Assembly: GCA_964016885.1 (NCBI GenBank)
Contig: OZ024749.1
Coordinates: 46,686,001-46,750,000, forward strand
Length of the DNA: 64,000 nucleotides
Direction of reading: 5' to 3'
Source: Eledone cirrhosa
Taxonomy: Eukaryota
Below, in pieces: positions 12,729 to 26,542 of this stretch. Within the stretch, counting starts at the first letter, position 1; the number at the start of each line of letters is the position of its first letter. The notes below the pieces were generated by a model. It was not told the origin of the DNA and searched no databases. It was given only the letters and a program-made list of their open reading frames with translations. Position numbers and translations under genes: made by a program.

Positions 12729-15700
12729 TCGTTGATTATTATTTACATTGTTTATAAATACATGTACACACACACAAATATATATATATATAGACAACAT
12801 TTGACGGGACTAGCATGGGTTTCCTGCTAGTACCGGTTGCATCTCATCGTACTCAATAGGTATGTTACGTAAACTTCCGAAGTAGGTACTTTTAGGTCCC
12901 GAACTATTGTACAGGAAAAAGAACAAAGACCAGAACACGCTTGACACTGTTTACGACCCTCTACCAGTGCTACCATCATGCAATTTTCAACTCGGAACAA
13001 AATGACTGACTTCGTTTCCAGCATGGAAATCAATGAAACGATGTATGTAATACATTTTAAAATGCAGCTGTCAGCTTGAAACTTTTTCTCAAGGGTACAC
13101 AGTAATTACGTATAAATGGATCCACACTGACGTCAATGGAATTTGAACAAAATACACTTGATCGAATACTCAAAATGTTTATCCCAGGCCCTAACGACTA
13201 TCAAAGCTCCACATTTATATTGGTTTACTTAAATAATATTTATTGACACTTAACAAGCTATTAGCTATCATTGATTTTTTTTCGCTTTAAGTTTAGTCAT
13301 TGTTATGACGAAAGCGTTATCAAAATTTCCCTTTCATTTTATGAATATAAAATATAATGAATATAAAATTCTTTCTTGTCTGACGACAGAATAAACATTT
13401 TAGACATTAACGTGATTTTAAAGCTATTAAAAATATTCTAATACACAAACATAGTGACAATACACATTGAAAGTTTCAGGTGTGTCAACCATATAATTTA
13501 CTATTAAATAGCATTATAAATGATGTCATTTGACAGATTACATTTCAACACGTTAAATCACAATTTTTTTGTTACTCTGTATGAATCAAAACACACACCC
13601 ACACTCATAAACAGACAGATATACAGACACATAGGCATTCACACATACACACGCCCACTTTATTAAGAGACGTATCCCTTGCCTGGCTGTCTTATAAAAT
13701 TGCATTATAACATATCACCTGGATCGAAACTTTCCCAAAATATTCCATAGAAAAATGCTTTTGATAATGATATAACAACTCATGATTAAATGTTAATATG
13801 ATTTCAAAAAACGCGGGCTTGTATAGGTGAAAAAAGGTTTGCAAAACTAGTGCTGAAATAGTTGCCGGTCAGGATTTTCGAGAAAAAATCGAAATCGTAT
13901 CAAATTTCCTGCATAGAATAATTACAGATGAATCATAGGTCTTCAAATACAGTGCAAAAAACGGCAAAAATTCCGTCGTCCGAAGAAAGCCCTCATGAGT
14001 TTAGCCCGGGTGAAAACCATGATTATGAGTTTTCATGAAAACCGTGCTATTGTTCAACGAAAGAAAAACAAACATGATCGTAACTTCTGCAAAGTCCTGT
14101 TGGAATCACATCAAGCACGAGTCGAATAAGAATGAAGGACGTCATAGATTGGATACTTCCTTACTCATAGAGTTACAGAATTTCTGTCAAAGAAAATGTT
14201 TCCACATATCCCTACAACCCTGTGGTTTCTACCGCTTACCTGATTAAACATCGAAGTTGAACTGCCGTTATTTTGGGGATGTGAATAATATTTAAAAATT
14301 GTAGATGTCAAGTTAAGGACACGAACACAAAATGACTTCCACTAGTGCTACTATGAATGTAAACACGTCGAACCACTATGCAACTTCAAGGAGATAACTT
14401 GTAATTTCATGTAGTCTAATATACGGTTAAATGAAACATCAATACCCTTATACGTTTTCAGGTTTAGAAATGAAGAGAACGTTATTTCTATATAGAGTTG
14501 AACGTTATTTGTTTTAAATCTTTCGGTGTATGTAAGTATTTGTTTGGTTGCTTTCTAAAACCATGCTTGTATACTTCAAACAAGTCATGATACATTATTA
14601 TACATTTTCTGAAGTTTTCAATCGTTGCCTTATATCATTCCGTTGCAACCATCTCATTGTGTTGCTTTGAAGTAGGTTTCTCAAAACAACAAGGTCCTTA
14701 TGAAGGAATGAACACAGAGTGTTTTAACATTATCGTATTTGCTATTTCAAGGAAGAATACGAATTTTACAATGTGATGCTTGTTAACGATGTATTATCAA
14801 ATTTCATTGATGTCCAGAAACTGATGACATCATACAAAGAGGAAATGGTGTGTTTGACTTCCTGAAAAACAGGAACTTACGATGAAGAACGTTGTTAAAA
14901 TATTTGAGAACGAGTGTGAAATATTTATTCAAAATTACTAACGGGTAAAATCCTATTAGCAAGTCACCGTTATACGTCATACAATAGGTCACGTCCTCCA
15001 GAGATTTTATTCAGAATGTTATAGCAAGGAATAGAAGGGCTTAACATCAAGGAGACTGATAAGTGTGTTATAACACTTACACTAGCATGATTTTGGGAAT
15101 TATTGACTGATGTTAGGCTGAGAATTAACTCTCTTCATATGAAATTCTATTGGAGTTTGTATGTTTCTATCGAACAGTTCCGCTATTTTACAAAATCCTC
15201 TGAATGCATGAAAATAAAACATAATTATTTTAACCTCTTGCTAAATTTACTTAATCTCCTGAACTATAACTTTCCTATTAAGAACATCATTCACGACGTG
15301 TATTCTAAACCAAGCAAATACAAACGTACATTTCTGAGACTATTTCAGAGTCGACATTTTATTTCACTACTATATTTTTATTTTATTCTATAAATAACTT
15401 ATACAATTCTGCTGCTGTTTCTTACTTACTTATTTATGAAAGATAAAACAAAATATATAATTTATTGATTACATTAATTTATGATGATGGAAACACGAAT
15501 GTGTGTTTGATGAATTCAAATATGTGTAAGTGTTGTTGATTCAGTACTAATTAATGATCAAATAATAACATTATTCGTGACTATTCACCAAGAACTGCTG
15601 TATTTGCAATTTTACCAACATACAACCTTTAGTTATTTTGAATGGTTGAAAATAAACTATTCGGTTAGATTAGAGAATGTGTAGTTGGTTTCCAAGTTGA

Positions 15701-16019
15701 AAACAGCAAGTTAGATGATAAGTGGCGATAGATATAAATTGATTGGAAATACTGATACTTATTGTATACTGTCCGTATTGATACTTATTCATATATATAT
15801 AAACTTACATAAATATATACAAACACGAATCTCCTTTTCTTTTCAGTAAATATATATATCCTGTGTATCAGCTACGTATACTGGCACTCAATCGGTCGCA
15901 ATCACATGCAATATTCTCCGCTCCAATTTCACTATCTCTCTCTCCCTCATTCTATCTCTGTGTTTCTCTGTGTGTCTCTCTCTCTCACACACTCTCACTC
16001 TCTCTTCATATGTATATAC

Positions 16020-16080
<61 letters not shown>

Positions 16081-16118
16081 ATATTAACAAATGGAAACTA
16101 TATTTATAAAACCATATT

Positions 16119-16183
16119 TATTTCATTATACATATTTCAAGTTCACCAAAGAAAATTATGGTGCGCTTTCATCAGATGAAATA
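16119..16183 (-). ncRNA. Type I hammerhead ribozyme, intact core
   Basis: RC: TATTTCAT-CTGATGA-AAGcgCACCA..TGGTGaaCTT-GAAA-TATGTA-TA-ATGAAATA; perfect 8-bp stem I. Confidence 0.9.
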
Positions 16184-16306
16184 TAATATAGATCAGTTTT
16201 ATAAACAAATATTGACATACCCTAAAAGAATGTGACCATGTCGGTTGGAAGCTCCCGCATTATTTAAGGGTATGTCAATATTTGTTTATAAAACTGATCT
16301 ATATTA

Positions 16307-16371
16307 TATTTTATCTGATGAAAGCGCACCATAATTTGCTTTGGTGTCCTTGAACTGTGTATAATGAAATA
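16307..16371 (+). ncRNA. Hammerhead, mirror copy with GAAA>GAAC (probably inactive)
   Basis: tattttat-CTGATGA-aagcgcacca..tggtgtcctt-GAAC-tgtgta-TA-atgaaata. Confidence 0.75.
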
Positions 16372-16571
16372 AATATGGTTTTTTAAATATAGTTTCCATT
16401 TATTAATATATTGTGTTTTTACTCCAAAAATGTGTTGAGTGCTTTATATGAGTTATAACAATATTTGCTTGTTGTATGCTTGTTGTATGCCAACAAATTA
16501 AATATAAATTATATATATATATATTAAAATAACAGATTAAAGTTTAAATATTATATATATATAATATTTAT

Positions 16572-16763
16572 AATAATTGTTTCTACTATTGGGACAAGGC
16601 CAGCAATTACCCAGTACATAAATCGAACTTTATTTTATCGACCCGTTAGGATGAAAGGCAAAGTTAATCTCGGCGGGATTTGAACTCAGAATGGCAAGGG
16701 CCGTAACTCTGTGCGTCAAAGCATGACGTCCGACCCTCTACCGATACTGCCAATTCACCGTCC
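16572..16763 (-). mobile_element. tRNA-derived SINE with Meta-domain-like core
   Basis: RC has A-box-like TGGCAGTATCGG, B-box-like GAGTTCAAATCC and core GCCTTTCATCC..GGTCGATAAAATAAAG; 4 copies in window. Confidence 0.9.
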
Positions 16764-17497
16764 TATAATATAATATTTATAATAATATGGTATTAATCAT
16801 ATAATAACAAGCAGGCATTCCAAATCAAAATGCATCTACTATTGAAATAATACAGAATTAACTGATTGCAAAATCATAGTGTTAGATCTATTAATTATGA
16901 TGTAACATAAAAGAGCAAACGTTACACGATAAGGCACAACGGAAATTGTATCGCCACATATGATCGCCTTTGCAGCGTGTTGTAGGGCATAACGTAATAC
17001 CGAAGTAAAATGTGCCCTCTAAGTTATACTAATTAAATACTAAAATATAATCAAATCATAACACTTTTAGCACAAATATTCTATTTACTACTTTAATATC
17101 TCAGATATCCTTTATCACAATCTCCACTTTCTGATGCAATATAATAGTTACGAAATTTCAATCTTAATTACTTTCGTCTATTTTGTGTATATACCGCAAC
17201 ATATTCCATAATTCTAGGGTCAATATTCTCGTTTAAAGAGAAACTATGGTACGTATGGCTTTAACAATCTTAATCAAATGTTGACATGATCAACTCGTAC
17301 GCGAAAACAGCTAGACAGTGTAATTCGCAATTTCTGAGTGCAGCATTGTTCGTTTATCCATAAAAAAAAAATGGTTTGTCCCGCTAGAATAACCCGATTA
17401 ATAATAATTCCGCACAGCTTCAATATTACGTATAATTAATAGTTGTTGCCATAAAACACTACGCTAACGTCATTGTAGACACCAGACAGTAATAGTA

Positions 17498-17551
<54 letters not shown>

Positions 17552-17603
17552 CAGAGATTATGGATAAACAAAGTGGAATCTAACCTGTTAACTCGTACTA
17601 CAT

Positions 17604-17638
<35 letters not shown>

Positions 17639-18960
17639 TTTCATTATATGAAAAATGATATACATTTACTGCGTTAACTTTCAGAAATGGCTCGACTTAT
17701 TTCAGTACGGTTAATATCCATTAAATAGGTACATAGTTATTCCTCTATAATACCGTTATCATCGTTTCCCATATGATATTAGCACTCTCTATTTCCTCTT
17801 ATATAAAAACCATTAAATTAATATAAAGTTATAGGTGACTGAAGCCAAATAGGACCATTCTCAAAATTCATTCAATGGTTACAATCCGGTTGTCGATATC
17901 AATGTAATGGATGATTTAATGCAATCAAATATAATGTAATGTAATGGACAAACATTCGCACACAAATATAAATATACACTTATATATATAAACACATACA
18001 TATATGCTTGTTTTGCATTGCGTGTGTGTAAATTCTACGTGGAACTCAGTAACCTTCCGCTATTTCCAATAATGACCTAAACCTTGAGGGCTGAACATCA
18101 AATTTCACAATTGCTATTAATCAATTTTATGAGATTAATTCTTAACATGTGATATCACAATCAATTAAATATTTATTATTCCGTTCTTAATTGATATACC
18201 CAATCTAGAGATTGGCTAGAACTGTTGGGGTGGGTTTAGATAAGGTTTAAGAGAAATATAATGAAATGCATGGGAACACAACCACTAGGCTTTCAACAAT
18301 TACCTCTCTCTATGTTAGTATCGCATAAAAATTACACTAAATTAATTAATTTCAGCATGAATTCGCTTTAATAGGCATTTACGGAAACGAATCTAAATTA
18401 AAACTAACAAAATAAAACGATGAAATTAGTCCATGATGCAAAATAAAAATATTCTACTTTAAAATAATTAGTTATTTTGCATTTTTGTTCATTTTACTGC
18501 AATCCATTATAGTTGGATTGCTGCGCTTGAAACTAAAATCTATGCTAATGTTAAATGCCGTTCCCCATTCACATTATCTTCTCTTTTGTTTTTTATACAT
18601 TTGCATATTTTATTCTAATATATTACACTCTGCTGCAAATCAAAGCTAACTCCAATTCCCCCCCCCCAAAAAAAAAGAATAATAATAAATATTGTAATTC
18701 ACAATAAAAATATCAAAGCTTTGATGATTCAATACGTTGATATAGTATTCTACACTCAGATCACGAATTTTCATTATGACCGAGCAGTTAGATTATTTTC
18801 TCTCCAACTGCTTCCTACCGGTGCATGTCAAATCTTAAAAGCGTCTACTACCAAATGCTATGCACCCAAGAAAATATCGAAGCAACGGATATTCACAAAC
18901 GCATGAAATTAGCGTCATTTATAATGTTGCTGGAAAGAACATTTCACTAGACATGCAACA

Positions 18961-19009
18961 TGTAGATACTGAAATACGCCTTACTGTGTAGATACTGAAA
19001 TACGCCTTA
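18961..19009. repeat. 26-bp-period tandem duplication
   Basis: tgtagatactgaaatacgcctta x2. Confidence 0.9.
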
Positions 19010-20588
19010 ATGTTTTGAGTTTGCTACAGAAAGGAAGTCACCTGCTGACAATATCAAACATTACAAGGTCTGTCTCAATGTAACCCTGAACGACATGAAT
19101 AACAACATAAACTGATTACTCAGATTGGCTCCTATTGCCAATAAAGGTTTTACCGGAGCCAGGTATACATTCAGCCGAACAGAAAAACGTGAACCCCCAC
19201 ATAGCAAACTCTGCTAACATTTGAATTGACATTACAGAAAACTTGGAATTTGGGTGCATACTCTATTTTCCTACCATAATTGTACTACCCAGCACTGGAC
19301 AGATACACGATACCAATCTTTCTAATAGTAAATGGTATGTTTCTATTGACTGCTAATGGTCGAATAATCATCGACACAGGTACTTGTACTTAAATAAGAA
19401 TTATCGGAAATGTTGTTATAATAAACTAAAGAAGGACGGAAATCATAGAGCTCTCTTGGTAACACAACACAAAAGTTACCCCAAACGGGGTTATGGATCA
19501 GTTTGATTGTATATGTTTTTACCGTTCTGATGGTCTGTATATATATTTACGCATACCTGTAAAGGTATACGCCGTTTTTACATGGAGGCACGAATTATGT
19601 CCATTTTCCGTCTTTATGTTGAATTCGATATATTAAAGTGGAATGGCGATAACAATGACCTTGGAAGTTTCATATGACCTACACAATCGGCGACAATTGT
19701 CCCGTGTATTCTGCACAACAACTAATAGATTATTAAAGCAGGTGTCTATTTTATATTTTTGTTTTATATTCTTTAAATAATGTTTTAATTTGCGAAATAC
19801 TTTCAGGATTTCAGCTTCAATACCTTTTCGTCTGTATTACAAATTCTTTTGGCTGTAAATGTGGAATAAATGTGATTACATAAGTGATTTGGACAAATGT
19901 GATATATTGAATTATTTATATGAGCTTCTAGCGATTCCCAATAGAATTTTTCAGTAAAGTCTCTCTAATGGTATTTGGCAACATAATTCTATTTTAGTCA
20001 TATATGCATTGCCTCGGTGAGGGATTTACCCAAATTATCTGTTATTCTACTAAATGTATTTTGAAAATTCTGGATTGATCAAAATCAAATGGTTCTTAGG
20101 AATGATATAAGAATTCTGCCAAGCAATCATTGGAGCATTTCTAATAAAACTAAACCGATTCAGTAGATTTCGAATGCGACTCGATGGAAGATTCGAAAAA
20201 AGGGCATAGCACATCAAATAACAATATGTAATTTAATCTTAGGTACATACACACATACATACATATATAGTATACAGCGAGAGAGAGCGATAGAGAGAGA
20301 GAAAGGCGAGAGAGTGATACAGAGAGAGGAAGAGTGATAGAGAGAGAGAGTAAACAAAGAGAGAGAGATAAGAGCGTGTTGTAGTTTGCATGAAGCATAG
20401 TTGAATAGGAAAAACAAATTTAAATAATTTTGAAAATCATACAATGCATTAGAAAGAAACCCCGAAAATACTTGGGCTTATCAAATTTGCTAAGGTAAGA
20501 TTCTTTGTTACACTAGCAATCTCGATTTTCTTTCTAATGGTTTTCAATATTATTTAAATATATATATATATATACATACATATATATA

Positions 20589-20719
<131 letters not shown>

Positions 20720-22071
20720 GTATGGACATCTATGTGTACGTCTGTGTCTGTTAGCTTGTTTGTGATTACACTTGCTGAGTGACCGTAAACTCTAAATTAA
20801 ATTAATAAGAATGTGAATACAAAATGCATTGGTTTACTTATGCATACCACAAAACATACTTAATTCAAAGTCTTCGATTTATGGGAAAATAATTAAGTTT
20901 GAACTATTTACATATTTACAGGCTCAATATATTTGCACTTATGTTTGTTTTCTTCAAATTTTATCACCTCATAACTGTAGTTAACTGAATTAAGCTTTTT
21001 CTAAACTTATTTGTTTATATGTCTTTCCCTCTCAGCATTATATGTCATAGGATGGGTATTAAACTACTTTCTTAATCTTTAATTACAGGAAATATAACTG
21101 GATACTCATGTTTGTTACGATGAATACCATTAAGATTTTATACCATATCATTATCACATGTCCCCTTCGTTTTTATTATTTTTGGCTTTTATTTCTTCCA
21201 ATTGATGCCAAACCACGCAGTGAAATATCTGTATATAACTGATTCGGTCGCAGTGTAGTAAAACTTATAACAATCCTTTGATATTGTGTTATATTCTTTC
21301 GATAGGGTTCGATATAATATACAACCATTTATTTTGGATTCAAATGTTACCATTGTTATCGAAATGAATACATTCCTATAGATTGTATTACTTAAGAGAG
21401 ATGTTCTATTTTTTCTTTCAAACAAACAAGGAAGACAGATTTTTAAATAAGCTGCTACATATTAAGAAAATTTACACATAGAAAATTACGTAATTAAGTA
21501 ATCTTCACAGGCGTCAAATTTTAATTCCATTGATAGTTTCTAAAAATTACATTGTGTGCTATACAGTATTCATATCGTACCACATGTTATTATAGGCGCT
21601 GTATCACTATATCGTTAATTACTGATCACTACAAAGAAAAAAATGGATTTAAAGATTGCAAAGATATAATATTTGAAAATAGATCTTTTTAAAAGGATGT
21701 ACAATTTCACTAGTCAAAATAATACATGATTTAACAGTATCGTATCAGTTATGTATGATGGTTACTAATTAAATTTTTAAAACGAAAATGAAAAACTCTA
21801 TTGATATTTGATAGGGAAATAACACGGGTAAATAGTAAAATAACTATAGACGTACATCCGACGCATATGGAGGCACACATAGCAAGCAATATATATATAT
21901 ATATATATGTATGTATATATAGATATATAGATATCTATAGTTATTAATCATAGATATGTATTTATCTAATTAAGACGTTATCTACATCTGTTTTGTAAAT
22001 GTGTAAGCCACTGTACGTACGTGGATTTGCAGATACACATCTATACATACACACATTACACATATGTAAAC

Positions 22072-22129
<58 letters not shown>

Positions 22130-22594
22130 ATATATACAAACTTATATACATACATATTGTGTATATACATTCACTATTCTATTAGTTTTTTTAAAAGTGT
22201 GCGTATATAGTTCAAATTAATTAATTTTCCAAACAAATAATTCCTTCTCTAATCAATTAATAAAACTACGCTGAGATATTAACAGTGAAATCATAGAAAT
22301 CTTTTCATCAGTTTCAATATTATTTTCTAAAATATCATTATCTACAAAGTAAATCTAAATACTATTTACTGCGAATCACTCCATAGGATCAGCTTAAATG
22401 AATTAAATATACATACTAACAACGAAGTCGGTGATGTGCTAAAGTAAACTTAGTTTATCAGACTGAATGCATATTTGTATTAGTTTGGTCTACTGAGTTC
22501 AGGTGTTCACTTCCCACCACGACATTTAATTTACGTCAAATGCTAATTGTAATATTATGAAAAAACCCTGTAATTTGGTCATTCCTATAGGCCA

Positions 22595-22662
<68 letters not shown>

Positions 22663-22664
<2 letters not shown>

Positions 22665-22772
22665 ACCAGGTGGACCATAACACACCAGAGTACTCAATAC
22701 TTAGTGTAGTAGAGTGGGTAATAGGAAAAGAGTCATGACCACGACAGATGAGCTCTACGCGGGTCGACAGCT
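22663..22772 (-). mobile_element. PLE-like 3' tail fragment (7811 family)
   Basis: RC matches 7811-7925; carries ACTC..GAGTAC (22690-22715); abuts (TA)n. Confidence 0.65.
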
Positions 22773-24726
22773 CTGTCTCTCTCTATCTCTTTCTCTCTCT
22801 CTCTCGCACTTTATATATATATATTGTTATACTTGGGGAGGGTCATATTGTTGTAATATTACTGCCAGACATAATAACAGAGCACACTCACTGTCTGGTT
22901 GGTTTTCGCTTCTGTATCTTTTATATCTCCATAGTTAATGTATCTCACAGTGTATGTATATGTGTGTCTGTCAAGCTATCTGTATGTCTGCATCACAGGT
23001 GTTTTATAACGGGAGAGCACAACATTGGAATAAAAAAACCCACTAATCACAACATCTGACTGAAGATAGATTGATAAAGAGATGCATAGATAGATATATC
23101 GATAAAGAGATAGATACATAGAACAGAATTATCAAATTTAGTCAATATGTTTGGGAATGATTTATAAAGCATGGAATAAAATTATAGTAATTGAAATAAT
23201 TGAATGGAAAATGAAATACAGCGGGAGGAGTGGGAGACGTTAGGTACGTATAAAATATATCGGGCCGATGGAAATTTTAATATTGTAATCGAGTGAAATA
23301 ATTCATTTGAGCTGACACACATAGCACTTACTATGACATTTCCCTAAGTTTCACTTGGTTTAAGGAATAGAATATACTGAATAGGAAAGAACAGAATACT
23401 TTTCGCAACGGATGACAGAAGGGTCAGCATGGTTATTCATATGATTAGCAATTATTTTACAGAAGTGATTGGCCATACTCTCAAGGTATTCAAAAATAAT
23501 ACCAGCATACGTTTAGTACTGGCTTGTTATATGTAAAGAAAATAAAATTGGTGGAATTCATGGTTCGTTTGTTGCAATTGTGACAGCAATGTGATTCCTA
23601 TTTGTATAACTTAGCATAGTAGGGTATTTTTGTAAACTATGTTAGTGTTTGCATAAGTGAATATTATTGAGAATACTCTTGTAATGGGAGAAGAGAGATG
23701 GCTATATATACTATGATGTCGAATGCTCTGCCCAAATTAAATATTAAAGCAATGAACATACATGAAGTATGGGAAATATGTTGATTACTTTACTGGTGGG
23801 AACATTAAATATTGTACATTTATATATTGTATTAAGCATTCCGTTGGTGGGCATTCTAGAAATGCCATTCAGAAATTATGCAAGCTGAAATTGTGTATTC
23901 AACATTGTGATTGTAATTTACATAATGCCTTAGGCTGGGTAGTCTCTGCAGTACAATCGTCTTATCTATCGCATGACAATGTATTTGATTGTATTTTATT
24001 ATGGATTTGCTGTAAATGGTCAAAGGATAGGATCTTAAATCAGCACAGGCTGCTGTTAAGTTACCATCCATAATTCATGGAGACATCTTCAAACCTGGTT
24101 TTATAAAGAATGGATACACAAAAACTCAGTTGCTGTTGAGGGAGATTGAAACAGGTATATGTTGCGAAGGGAACTCTCGTCGCAAGAATATGCGTAATAG
24201 TTAGCATGTACTCTCTTTAAATTTTAGTGATTTGTTATTTTGATATTCGATTAGTGTGGCATCGGATCATTGATTTCAGTGCTCCTATTTCCCCTTTCCA
24301 TTTTTCTATCAACAATTCAATATGTTAGCATTATATTCTGCGTTTATATTAACAAATGCATCACACGTTTCCGAACATCAGGCGTGCATCTGACAATCAC
24401 ATGTTCAATTCTTAATATCGTTTACGATTATTTCACAAAAGGGATTCATACTAATTCATCATCTGAAATATCATGCACAAACGCAAATGTAAATGTAATA
24501 TGCTGTAGATCTTGTCTTTAAGCTATCAGTTGGATGTCACATACACAGTCCAGCTTGATTTTAGATCTTTCTGTGAAAGCATTACAGCTTTAGTTGTAAT
24601 TTGCCACACAGATTCATACATATATACGTACATGTACACATTCATGCATTCGTACACACATGTACAGAGCCACACAGATACACCGAAACTCACATACAAC
24701 ACGCCCATATATATATATATATATAT

Positions 24727-24813
24727 ACACTGGATCACCATGTGTGCGATTGAAATATTGCTGTTATTGAAATATCAATGAGGCATTATCACGCCAGGTA
24801 ACTGTAAAATGTA

Positions 24814-24847
<34 letters not shown>

Positions 24848-24933
24848 TACATTTTACAGTTATCTGACGTGATAATGCCTCATTGATATTTTAATAACAG
24901 CAATATTTCAATGGCACACATGGTGATCCAGTG
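24727..24933. repeat. Inverted repeat with ~90-bp arms centred on a (TA)n tract
   Basis: acactggatcaccatgtgtgc...aaaatgtatgca (TA)n tgcatacatttt...gcacacatggtgatccagtgt. Confidence 0.9.
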
Positions 24934-25714
24934 TTGTTCACATGTACAATTAAAAACACCCTAATATTCTATTTTATTTCAGTCAATGTTCCAATGTATA
25001 CTCGGAAGCCAATCCACGTTGGGGTTGTTCCTGCTGATTCTATATGCAGCTATGATTTCAATGTTTAGAAATATTTAAGAAATATCAAGAAATATTCTTT
25101 CTTATTCTGTAAAAAATAGAATTTCTTGTATTCAAAATCTAATCAATAGCAGAATGAATGATGATATTAATTGATGATGTTCTTATATTTCAACTCTTTA
25201 GCTTGATTTGGTGAACATAACTGTGATCACGGATGAAGCGCTCCACGTCGTCTGGTGTATTTAATATTATGCGATTTAAAGAAAATATAGAATTCATATT
25301 GAAGCTAAAGAAAGCAACCAAAATAATTTTTAATTACAAACATATTAAAATCCTTTAATCTAATACGTAAATTATGGCTAAATATATCGCTGGAATACCA
25401 GGGGAACTGAAACGAATCTTGAATAATTCTCCAATAGCAAGGAAGACCATCGGTTCCATTATCATCACAATTGTTCAGAGGAAAACAAATCAGGATGGAT
25501 ATTTCAATGAGGTGTGATGCCGAAAATAAATGCATAGGTGGAAGTAGGCACCCTCATATATCGCTGGCTGTCGAAATTTCATATGTATATATATACATAC
25601 ATATAAAGAGAGGGTGAATGCGAGAAAGAGAGAGAATGAGAGAGAGAGGGTGAGTGAGAAAGAGAAAGAGAGAGAGAGAAAGAGAGATACAAATAGAGAG
25701 AGACAGATATATAG

Positions 25715-25811
<97 letters not shown>

Positions 25812-25942
25812 GAGAGTGGTATCTCGACGTATGTTTCTCTATATTTCCTCGGCAGTAATTGTGTGTGTATATGTGTAGGCAATTTGCTAAGCGTGATTTC
25901 AAACTAAATAACTAGATGTCAGATTTTATTTTACTGTGTCTT

Positions 25943-26077
25943 AACTAAATCCGTTTCATTCAATAAGTTTCAGTCTTCTTTCATTCCGTATATCTTCATG
26001 GCAGTTAGAATAATTATGAATGAAGATATACGGGATGAAAGAAGACTGAAAGATATTGAGTGAAACGGATTTAGTCA
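25943..26077. repeat. Inverted repeat, ~55-bp arms
   Basis: actaaatccgtttca..ccgtatatcttcat / atgaagatatacgg..tgaaacggatttagt. Confidence 0.85.
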
Positions 26078-26183
26078 GACTTCCTCTATATGATTATACT
26101 TCTAAATGATATGTTGACATATAACGACTATATGCTTAAATATATTGAATATTAAAAGTGTTGCATTGTTCGAGATATATTCA

Positions 26184-26376
26184 GGGCGGTGGATTGGCAG
26201 TATCGGTAGAGGGTCGGACGCCATGCTTTGCAGCAAAGAGTTACGACAATTTATGGTCTGAGTTCAAATCCCGCCGAGGTTAACTTTGTCTTTCATCCAT
26301 ACGGGGTCGATAAAATAAAGTACCAGTAATACACTGGATAATTGTTGGCCTTGTGCCAAAAATAGAAACAATTATT
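26184..26376 (+). mobile_element. tRNA-derived SINE (same family as 16572)
   Basis: A/B-box-like motifs, Meta-like core, AGAAACAATTATT 3' end. Confidence 0.9.
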
Positions 26377-26508
26377 CGAGCTGTATAGTCCACATCCTAC
26401 GGTTTTATATATCTCCTATATCTCGACAATCAGTCTTCTTGCAAACACTGATAAACTCATATGTGTAAATACACACACACACACCCACACACACATATAT
26501 GCATATAC

Positions 26509-26542
<34 letters not shown>

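Larger units (their letters stand above)
16077..16510 (+). mobile_element. Non-coding fold-back derivative of the Naiad-type pLTR family (arms 16077-16225 / 16265-16412, tail to ~16510)
   Basis: Inverted arms; clear similarity to 33843-34080 and 37660-37806; (TA)n on both sides. Confidence 0.9.

Noticed and set aside
14752-14847. Possible plus-strand exon EEYEFYNVMLVNDVLSNFIDVQKLMTSYKEEM (other AG..GT candidates at 2774, 20453, 38171)
   Set aside because: No recognisable homology or coherent gene model; such sites are common by chance
16572-16763. SINE heads as functional tRNA genes
   Set aside because: Continuous with SINE core and tail in four diverged copies; no complete cloverleaf
26040-26080. 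CTGAAAGA..GAAAC..GTC in the 25.9-kb inverted repeat
   Set aside because: No stem II, and the mirror arm lacks the core
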